Assembly (NCBI GenBank): GCA_904063045.1
Contig: CAJFCJ010000007.1
Location: 1,442,698-1,506,697, forward strand
Reading direction: 5' to 3'
DNA: 64,000 nucleotides
DNA from: Dimorphilus gyrociliatus
Lineage: Eukaryota; Animalia; Annelida
How positions within the stretch are numbered: position 1 is the first letter of the stretch; each line of letters begins with the position of its first letter. The translations under genes and the position numbers were made by a program. The notes beneath the pieces were generated by a model. That model worked only from the letters and a program-made list of their open reading frames with translations. It was not told the origin of the DNA and did not search any database. Positions 10,891 through 21,920 of the stretch are shown here, one piece after another.

Positions 10891-12468
10891 ATATATATAC
10901 GTATATATACTTCAAGTGCGAACTTAAATTATATATATAATGTTAAGTTCGCATAAAACGGGTATACGTATTTAACAGTTTTGGTAGTGGTTATAACGAC
11001 TGCAATTTGAACGCGATTGGAGTGTTTGTAATGCGTTTATGAAATGATTTTCTTTTTATAAACGACAGCGCAATGTCTTTCTCTGGTGATTTTTAGTCTT
11101 TCTCTCATCAACATTTAAAAAACATGTGTTCTGTACATATGATACAGTATATTTTCAATATGTATTACATAAAATAAATTCTTAAAATAAGCGTATGGCT
11201 ATATATAAAAGTTGTGTGCTATCACATAGAAAGTATGCAAGTCTTACATATAGTCAGTAGTTTGAAAATCCTTGGTATTTTATTGTTATTATTATTATTG
11301 TATGCAGTATTTGAATCAACTAAGCATATAATACGGCACATACTATTTAGAAGGTGTATGTTACATATTATGCGCTTCGTATGAAATTATAAAAGTAGTT
11401 AGAGGGAAAGTTTTGTGTTCGTATAATTACAAAAGAAAACTTGTACAGATCGATTTCTTCCAAACCGGACCGAATAGTGTACAAGTTCTAGATGGCCAAG
11501 AAGGTGTCTTATTTGTCCATCATGCCGATGGTAGAGCTACTGGAGACGCTTTCGTTCTATTTGCAAACGATGAAGAAGCTGATCTGGCTTTACTAAAACA
11601 TCGGGAATGTATTGGATCAAGATACATTGAATTGTTCAAGAGTACAACAGCCGAAGTTCAACAGGTTCTCAATCGTTCGATGGACCCTCGTGCACACGCT
11701 ATGGAAGCCGGTGTTGCACAAACGGTTAATGTCTCAACTGCTGCTGCCGCTTCATTTATCGACCCTTCCGCCGCCACACAAATGGCATTGATGGGGTTTG
11801 CTCCGCCCACAAATAATCTATTGCCAGTTCCGCAACAGATGATAACAACTGGATCGCAAAAGGACTGTATAAGACTTAGGGGTTTACCATACGAATGCAG
11901 TGTCACAGATATCTTGGCATTTCTTGGGGAATTTTCAAAACACATTGTCTTACAAGGTGTACATATGGTTATTAATAGTACCGGCGCCCCAAGTGGTGAG
12001 GCCTTTATTCAAATGGAAGGTGAACTAGCCGCTGAAGCAACAGCTATAGCTAAACACCGAAAAACAATGACAACAATAAATGGTGTAGCATGTTCGAAAA
12101 AGCGCTATGTTGAAGTCCTTCAGTGCAGCGGCGACGAAATGAATATCATTCTAACGAATGGCCTTCCATCTGTTGCTTCGCCTCTTGCGACACCATTGTT
12201 ACAAGCGGTTGCGCCTTCACCTCAAAGAGCATTAATGCCCACACCTACTGTTCCCACTCATCCAGCAATTTTAAGCCCTCCAATGGCTTATCCTGCTCCG
12301 GCATTTGCCTCGCCAATTAATCATCGCTCTTTAGCGACAGCGACAACCTTACCAAACTATGTTTCACCACTACCGACCACTGTTAACCCATACCAGCCTT
12401 TCTTCTACTTGTACAACGGTTATCCAAGCCCTCCAGTTTCACCTCCAACAGAAGTTCTACCGCGTTGA
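7630..12468 (+). CDS. ESRP1: Epithelial splicing regulatory protein (ESRP/fusilli): DnaQ-like N-terminal domain plus 3 RRMs
   Basis: [102 protein letters not shown], and C-terminal YPSPPVSP. Confidence 0.95.
8302..8719 (+). other. U12-type (minor spliceosome) GT-AG intron in ESRP
   Basis: 5' splice site GTATCCTTT at 8302 and branch point TTCCTTAAC at 8696-8704, followed shortly by AG. Splicing restores DML-D/H-LNLEVDQ in frame. Confidence 0.85.
10590..10632. repeat. (GACA)n(GA)n microsatellite in ESRP intron
   Basis: gacagacagacagacagacagagagagagag... Confidence 0.9.
10858..10910. repeat. (AT)n microsatellite in ESRP intron
   Basis: atatatatat run. Confidence 0.9.
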
Positions 12469-13116
12469 ATAGAAATTTAATTATCGCATAAGTTTATGTT
12501 ATGTATAAAAAAATGTGTTCGTTAAAGCATAAAACAAAGTTTGCTTTGCTTTTGACTGTTTTAATTGTATATAATTTCTAATAATGAAGTCCCCCCTCCC
12601 CCTGTACTCTCCTGACTGTTTTTATTTTATCAAAAAATAGTTAATTTCATTTTGGTGGTGGAAAAAAATACAAAAAAAATCTTTTTCTTTTAAGAAGGTG
12701 GTGGTGTTTAACTAGTTAATGGTGAAGGTGCTTCTGCTGGAAGCTCGATCTGAGTTTTTAGGCGCCTGTATATACTATATACAGTATATATAGATTTTTA
12801 AACGCGCACGTGTTTAGCATAATTGATTTTATTTGTTCAAATGAAAGCAGCTGTTGCAGAACTTATCGACTCAGATACTGCAAAATTTTTGCCATTAATA
12901 TTTGAGAAACGTGGTCGTTATGTGTTAAAGTCTATGCATATCAGTCGAACATAATATCTCTGCCGTACAATTGCAAAAGAGTACATATCTAGTCCGATAA
13001 TGTATTTGTTCAAATTTAGCAATACACCTAATCGAAATAAATATAAACATGAGAATAAATAAATTTATATCTATTGTTAAATGGATTCACAGGATTAAAA
13101 AAAACTATTAAAGTAT

Positions 13117-14166
13117 TTAGGAATTAGCCAAGAAAATATACGAGACAATCCCGACCATACAACCGGCTAAACCTTCTCCATTCACCTTCCAAACTTCCCC
13201 CTGTATAAAACCAATTCTGTTTCTGTACACATCACCCAAAATTGGAGGATTTAAAACGTTCCATAAGAAGTGCAAAAGTGCGGGTGCCCATATCGAATAG
13301 CTGTTCAAAATAATAATGTAAAAGTATATTTGCGACATCTAGCGGACATCTTAAAAATACATACTTGGATTGAATAGCAATCCATCCAAGTGTTAGACCG
13401 TTGACATTACATGATAAAAATTGGAAAAGTATTGTTAAATAAGGTTTTGAAGTGCGAAATCGAGCAGTTAATAACACCATAATAGGTATATGATAGCATC
13501 CCCATACTAGGCCACTAGAAAAATGAAAATTTTATAATAATTATCGTTTTGACGGGAAAAGGATAATTTTTTTAATGTTTTTGAAAGTATATTCTTTTTT
13601 CTATTTACCTGATTAATAATGCTTCAAAACGACCATATTTATTGATTAAACAAGGAAGCATCAGACATCTCCATCCAATCTCCTCTCCACTTGCCCTTAA
13701 AAAGTTTTTTATGTATTCATTAACTGTAGTCTGACGTAAACTTTTGAAAAGTTTAGACCAACTCGCATCATCTCTTAATTCGCCTAGACCAGAAAGAATG
13801 TTGAACGATATGCAGAGAATCATTTCACCAATAACAATTAAGAAGGCAATAAATGAATATAGACTAGCTAGACCAATCTAGGGGAGAAAAGGTATTTGTT
13901 TTGTTTTTAAAATTCAACATCATTCATGATATTTTTCTTAAACTATCTAGAGCATCTACTGGAAGTCAATTACTTACACTATCATAACCAATAAGAGCCG
14001 ACAGATCGTACCCGTGAAAAAACCATGGAGCAAACAATCCTGGGAAAAACATTGCCCAAGCTAATTTTTGAAGTGTCCATTTTTTGCCGATTACTACCCA
14101 CAGAATAGTTACAGCTATTGTAAATATTGCGAATAATTCGCAATTTCCAAAATAATTAGTTTTCAT
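13117..14166 (-). CDS. CPBP/Abi (CAAX-protease-like) intramembrane glutamic protease, bacterial-type motifs, 4 exons, about 263 aa
   Basis: Exons 14166-13978, 13877-13609, 13514-13365 and 13300-13117 (792 nt, in frame). Motifs SGEEIGWRC, GLVWGCYHIP and SIWAPALLHFLWN, with multiple hydrophobic segments. Confidence 0.75.
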
Positions 14167-14525
14167 TGTGAAGGTCAAGGCTAAAGGTTTTGTGCGAAAA
14201 ACACTCTAGATGTCAGTAGCTGTTAATTATTTATTTTTTTCACGCAGTTCTATCGTTTTATTAAGACCGACCAAACATAATCTCTATAAAATAGACGGTT
14301 AATGAATTAACAGACAAATCTGTTTATCATTCTCAGGAACAGAACAAGGCAATTAAAACTAAATAAACTCTTTCATATAAACATACAACATAAACTTATT
14401 TTTAGTTATTCTCAACAAAACCTTTTCTATCAATATTATTGCTTTCAGATTTCGTAACAAGAGCTAATCACCTTTGGTGACAATAAACATAGTTACTTGC
14501 TCTAAATTTAAATTTTCATTTGGCC

Positions 14526-16031
14526 CTAATTTGGCCAAATTTTATTAAACAATTCCATAAACGAATCGTAAATCATGAAAGTAATAGCAACATCCAAACA
14601 GACTCTTGATAATCTAGGTAAAGTTCCCTTGTAGAATCTAAAAAGTATTTAAAGGGTTAATTATAAATAAGTACAAAAGTAGTATAATATAGAATATAAA
14701 TATTAAAATATCTTACGCAAGAGGTCCTTCGTGCTTCAATATTTTTGCAGCACAATCAAAAGTGTTCTTGTATTTTTTAGCTTCTAATCCCTGAAAGTAT
14801 TTAAATAATTTATTTACATTTCAAACATCTAATTGTTTAAGTCTAAATTTAACCTGCATTCTAGTTTTAACAACATCGAGAGGTGTGTTTCCAAATACAG
14901 AAGCAGCACCAGCAATAGCTCCAAAAAGTCCAGTAAGTAATTTAGGAACAGACTTTCCTTTCTCATCTCCTCTATACATATCTTTTAGAGTTTCAACAAC
15001 GAAAAACCTAATAGCTTGATTACTTCCTTGTTTCATGATAGTCGGGGTTAATCCTTGATAGCATCCTCGAAATCCTTCAGTTTTGATGATACTTCTGACA
15101 CCATGAAAGAATCCCTTAAACTTTGGATTTGCAGATGCTTGATCATTGATAAACTTTACTTTTACAGTTTCCATAGGAGTAACAGCAAATATAGCTTCAC
15201 AAACGCCAGCTCCCAAACCACATAATAATTTTTTTTGGGCAGATAAATTTCCTTTTTCATCAACAGCTCTTTTCTTAAATTCTTCAAAAGCTCCAAATCT
15301 TACAGCAGATTTCGGAATTGAACCGTACAAGAGAACGGATAAACCTCTATAAAGACCAAAGAATCCATGGTCACGTACAGTTAACTTCGCGCAATCCACA
15401 ATACCCTTATAGCGTTTAGCGCCTCCTGATTTTTCATCCAATTGCAATTGTGTCTTAATATATTCCGTTGGAAAGGTGATACATATTTCAATACCCCCAG
15501 TAATTCCACCTATATTAGTTAGAAATTATACAATCAATACAATTAGTTGGCACGTGTTACAGTGATTAAATCTGGAAGGGTTCCGCATATGCGGGAGAAT
15601 GTTTACGTGACAAGCCTACTTTTACTCAGTAAATTGACTCTATCGATTGACTGTCTTACATCGCAACTGCAAATCGATATTTCTTTATATTTTATAACCA
15701 CTGCAATCAGGCGATACAGACTTGTAAATGTCATCTTTGAACTTTGAACCGTTGCCATGCTTTAAATGATCCTTCGACCAATTTTAAACATAACACCTGT
15801 GGTTTTCGTTTTTTTTCAAATAGTCTTAAGTTAATAAGTTCAAAGATTCATTTGAACGTTTGATTATAAAACTATTCTAAATATATAGAGGTCTAAGATA
15901 GAGCGATAATCCAAAATTATACCAGCGATGATGCCCTTCAAACTGCTGTTTGTGCCTGCTGGAGAGGCTGCCATCTCGCTTCCTTGCCTATTATAATAAG
16001 GATTAGATAGTCTCGTTCCAAACTTGTCCAT
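14526..16031 (-). CDS. SLC25A1: Mitochondrial tricarboxylate (citrate) carrier
   Basis: [101 protein letters not shown]. Confidence 0.95.
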
Positions 16032-16241
16032 TGTCAATTGTTTTAGGATGTTAGCTTTCTGAAATTGTTAAACTCTTAACATCAGCTGCTCATTCCAATA
16101 GCTATAAAGGCGGAGCTTATTTTTGTATACCGGTTTACTCCAGGGCAGCAAAACATTCAAAAAAAAAGTACTGTAAAATCACAAGCTCTGTTGCACAAAG
16201 TACTGCAATTTTTTCATTATTCTTAAACTAAATAATTAGAT

Positions 16242-19200
16242 ATGAATACTAGAGAAAAAAGAAATGGAAAGAAAAAAGATACTGTTGCCCAACCATTGAA
16301 AGATGTTGCTAAAGGTATGATCCGAGCATATTTGAAGGCATTTCACAGAATAAACACGTGTAATCGAACGTTTTTGTTACAGTAAAAAAGTCATATGCTT
16401 CCAAAGAATTGACAGCGGCAGCAATAGTAGAACAAGAAACTTATCCTAGGGTGTGTAAAAAAAAAGAGAATAACATTGTGATCTTTTGTATATAATAACA
16501 ATTATTCAAAATACAATTTTTATCAGATCGAGCTCGAAGAAGAAGTTGAGAATAATCTTGTAAAACTATTAAAAACAAATTTAGAAAATAGATTAAAAAG
16601 TACTGTAATATCAAATCGGTTGACAGCCAAAAAGTTAACAGTAAGTTATATTTCTAAAGTAGTTTAATTTGCATTATTGTTCATTTTTTCTAATATATTT
16701 GCATAAATATTCTATAGGATGTATATAACGCATTATTTGACTATGGCTTCAAACAAGAACAAATAGAAATTGCCATGGATCATGTTCTACCTCAAGGGGG
16801 AGATTTAATAGATGCTTTAGATTGGCTATGTTTAAATCTCAAGAGTGGTAAGAATTTTTATGCTAAATTAATTCTATAATACATAATTATCTACGCTACT
16901 AAACAGATCAATTGCCGAAAGGATTCTGTCACATTAAAAAAACTGATACTAAACCTCGTGAAAAATTCCAAGAAAATTTAACAAACAAAAGAATAGAAAC
17001 TAAAAGTGTTAAAGCTCCACCTAAAGTAGATTTACAAATTTAATTAATACTTAAAATGATATTTAGAATAAATGTTGATTTATTTGCTAAAACGTTAGAA
17101 AGATATAGAATCGGATAAGGCAAATATGAAAGATTGGATATTAAGATATGCAGAGGATACTGATTCAAGCGATGATGAATCAAATGCTAAGAAATCTGTT
17201 GAAGAAAACCCCGTAAATAATCTTTAAATATAGCTAATGGAACATTTTTGAATTAGTAAGAATTTTTTGTTAATTTTTAGAATGAAAAATACGCAAGAAT
17301 TGATTATCTTATTGCCGAAACAAAGCAAAAAGCTCAATTGGCAAAAGCCGAAAGGAATAAGAAGGCTAGTAAAGAATTGAGTACGAAAATTAATCAATTA
17401 ATGCAAGGTATATTATATTTGATTAAAAATGTTTCCTCTAGTTTTAAATTATAAAATATCGAACTATTTTAAATAGAACTGAGAACAATTGAGAAGCATC
17501 CTCAATTTAATCTTTCAAGCGTTCAAAAATACGAACCACCTCCAGAAGGTAAAGTTCCAGACTTAACAAGTGATTTGGTCCACAAGAAGAGTTCCATTGA
17601 TGATGATGACAATGATGACGAATGCGATGTAGGTCTCCTTGGTTTCGACAGTTTAGAATGTTCTAATCCAGGTTTTCATCCAATCATAAAAACAAACTGT
17701 GCGTTTCAGTTGTAACACTAGAATTTGTTTTTAATAGAGAAGATTGAAAAGCCTAAATTCCAAAAGAGATCTTTCTCCTATACAAGACAACAGTGGACTG
17801 GAAAATCTCCAAAACAATTTTTAATCGATTGGCTACGTAAAAATCTAAAGAATAGTCCACCACCTAGATTTAAACCTATACAAGTATCCGGATCATTATG
17901 GAGAAGCAGGTGAAATTCTTAAAAGTGCAACTGATTACTTGATAAACCAATTTCATTCAAAATAATATATTTTAGGTGTATAGTTAATCGAAAGGATGGT
18001 GATGTTGAAGTAATACCAGATATTGTTTGCGAAAATGTCAAAGAGGCTGAACATTTAGCTAGTACACTTGCGCTATTTCAGCTATGCGGCGGCCAGGTAA
18101 AAAAAAATTAATTAAAAAACTTTTTTATTATTACTTCATCAATTTGAATTTCAGAGAATTCATCAATTATTACCACCTCCTTATAGAGATATTTGGTTGG
18201 AATGGAAAAAAGCAGAAGAGGATATTGTACAAAGTGGTAAAGAGCAAATAAGTAAAGTAATGCAATTTAAATTTCTATTAGACTTTTTACGGCATATATG
18301 CTTTGTATACAGTAGACTGTGTACTATAAAAATATACATCTATTATAAAAATGTATTGAATTTTACAGCCCAGAGACGCTTTTGTTTCTCAATTAGTCAA
18401 GAAACTATCAAAGATCAAAGTATCCCTATCCGATGTCTCTAATAACGAACAAGATAACGTTTGTAACGATTGGGAAGATATACCTGTATCACCCGTTGTA
18501 AGATTTTCGCCTTCCTCCTTGATCATCTTTTTAATTACACTATATTCGATTAGACAACATCTAAACTAAACCTAAAAGATCCCACTATAAAGGCGCGCTG
18601 TCGCGATATTCTTTTAGCTGCTTCAAAACAACAAGAATACGAGAAATTGCTAAAAACGCGAGAACAATTACCAGTTTATAAATACAGGTATATTATAATA
18701 ATATTTGAGTTAAATATTTAGTTTAATTAATCTGTAGAGATGAAGTTATCAGCGCAATAAACAAATATGATGTTACAATTATTTGTGGTGAAACTGGCAG
18801 TGGAAAATCTACTCAAATACCTCATTTTCTCTTACAAGTAGGTGGATTAGTGTATCACTTTAAAAAGATGGATTCTTTATAAGATTTTTGTCTTTTATTA
18901 ATGTTATTTTTTCATTTTTTTATCTCTCTCTATACAGGATTTACTAGTGGATAAAGATTTCTTGGATTGTAATTTAATTTGTACTCAACCTAGGAGAATA
19001 TCTACCGTATCTTTAGCTTCTCGAACTGCTCTTGAGATGAATACTAATAAACCAGGCAGTAGAGATAGTTTAATAGGATATCAAATTAGGTTTGCTTTTT
19101 ATTAATAGTGGGTATTAGAAGATATTTTATTCTGTTTAACTTCAATAGATTTGAAGCAAAGACTTCACCAACGATGAAGTTGCTATATTGCACAACGGGA

Positions 19201-21920
19201 GTGCTTTTACGAAAGATTCAAAATAATGTTCTACTGAATGGTACAAGTCATGTAATTATTGATGAAGTTCACGAACGTTCAGTTGACTCGGATTTCTTAT
19301 TGGTTACCCTAAAGAATTTGGTAAAAGAGAGGAAAAGGTTAAGAAAACCGTTAAAAGTAATTTTAATGAGCGCTACTCTCGATGCTCAAAAATTTATTGA
19401 TTACTTCGAGTCGTCGGATGATGATGTTAGGCAAATATTAGATGTAAAACTGGTATCACTACCAGGAAGGACGTTTCCAGTTCAAAATTTTTTTCTCGAG
19501 GATATCGTCGAGCAAACTGGTTTTTGTCCTGAAGAAGCTGAAGTTAACGATAACTCAAATTATGTAATTATTACGTCAGATGCAATGATAAATATTTATT
19601 ATATTTTAATTAATTTAGGTAACGGAAAATCTTTCAATATCAGCTAAAGGAGGTAAATCTTTTAAGGAACAAGTCTCTTATTCCACTCAGGAGGTAGAGC
19701 ACAACGACTTAGAACTGGATACAACAAAATATAGTGCCCAAACAATTCAAACAGTAAATCGGTTAAACGGCATATTAAAACTCAATTTAGATATTATTTT
19801 GGTAATTAAAATAATTATTAGAAACTCTTTCTATTATTAGTATGTTTAATAACAATTTTTTTTCAATATAGGAAACAATAAAATTAATAGAAAGGAAAGA
19901 AGAATTTAATCAAGTTCAAGGTGGAATATTAGTATTTTTACCCGGTTTAGCTCATATACAAGAATTATATGATATGATCCTTTATGACGCAGAACTGTCA
20001 AAGCGCAAGTAATGAATATCTACTGTATTTTTTTAAAGATATTAATAGTATTACAATATTCTATTCTTTTAAAGGCACAAAGTTCTGCCGCTGCACTCAA
20101 CTTTATCAAACGATAGCCAGGAGGAAATATTTAAATATCCTCCTAAAGGTCATAGGAAAATCGTTTTGGCAACAAATATTGCCGAAACTGGAATTACAAT
20201 TCCAGATATTGTATTCGTTATAGACAGTGGCAAAGTAAAGGAAAACTGGTAAAATAAAATATTTAGGAGTTGTAAATTTGTTAAATGTTTGCTTTATAAC
20301 TCTTTATTGTTTAGGTTTGACGAAAATACTCAAATGAGTCGTCTTAAGGAAGTTTTTGTTAGTCGGGCAAGTGCTGATCAAAGAAAAGGTCGAGCCGGTA
20401 GGGTTCGTGAAGGATTTTGCTTCAGATTATATACACATATGAGGTATTTTTCTTTCTGTGTTTCTCTCCCCCTCCTGTCACTTCAATTTTCCTTGCGATA
20501 TTTTCTAGGTATAACAGTATGAAACAATTTACAACTCCAGAGATTTTACGAGTACCACTGGAATCTCTCTGTCTGCATATCTTAGTATGACGAACTATTT
20601 ATAGTATTATTGACGTCTATTCATTAATTTACCACTCTAAACTTTTTATAGAAATGCGAGGAAAAGGATCCCGAGAAAATATTATTGTCAGCTTTAGATC
20701 CTCCAAGACCTGAAGCTATTAGGAAATCTCTATCACTACTACAAGAAATAGGTGCTGTTGATTGTATAAACATGGTTCTAACGCCGCTTGGTCATCATTT
20801 ATCAACTCTTCCTGTCCATGTGAAATTAGGACGTATGTTAATATTCGCCGCTATATTTGGTGTAACAGAGCAAATAGTAAGTCTTCTAAAAGATATAATC
20901 CAACTATAAACAAACTATTTCTCATAAATAAATAGGCCATAATAGCCGCCAGTATGAATGAAAAATCACCTTTCTACGTTCCTGTACGAAAGAAAGAAGT
21001 TGCTGAAAATGCATTAATGAATCTAAGCGTTTCAAATTCGGATCAATTGACAATATTGAATGCATTTACTAAGTAAATTAGTTTGAATATATTATTCAGC
21101 TTTTACACAAAACATTAATTAATTTTTTGTTCGCAGATGGCAAGAATCTAGAGCAAAGGGGAGAAACGCTGAAAAACTTTATTGTGATATGAATTTCATT
21201 AAGAGGAGCACTATGATAGAAATTGAGGTAGAAACTTTAAAATATAGTGCTTTTTATATAAAATTTCATTAACTTTTATTATAAAAAAAAACAACTAGAA
21301 CATCTCAAAGGAGCTAATGAAATTAGTAAATTCAATTGGCTTCAATAATGATTCTCAATTGATCGGGAATAAACTAACTGCAAAGGACGAAAATATGATT
21401 AAGCTTATTCTAACTGGTGGAATTTATCCCAACATTGGTCAAATTAGGAAAATTGAAAGAACTGAAGGTGATAGAACGCCCCTGACCGATTGTTTAACGA
21501 ATCAAGGAAAAGTGTTAGTTCACCCATCGTCTGTCAACAAGAACATTAACATGGACGGCTTCATAATCTATCACGAAAAAACGAAGGGCGAGAAGAATAC
21601 ATTTATTCGAGGGACAACTTTAATTGACAACATCTCACTCTTAATGTTCGGAGGTGATATTCAAGTATTTCACGCTAATCAGACTGTAACGGTTGATGGA
21701 TGGATTAAATTAAAAGTAAGGACACTGGCATTTTAATTATATACTTGAAATTGTAAGAAATATTTTCCCTTTTCAGGCTTTTGCACGAACTGGTGTTATA
21801 TTCAAAGAAGCAAGAAAGGTTTTAAATGATTTATTAGCAAAAAAATTAACCAATCCTGCAGTGAACTTGTCTGATAATCGTTTAGTACATCTTTTAATAA
21901 AAGCTGTAACAATTGTTTAA
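16242..21920 (+). CDS. DHX29: DEAH-box RNA helicase DHX29, many short introns
   Basis: [15 protein letters not shown] and [18 protein letters not shown] (DHX29-specific), [40 protein letters not shown]. The last exon 21777-21920 ends at TAA. The start ATG is approximate. Confidence 0.92.
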
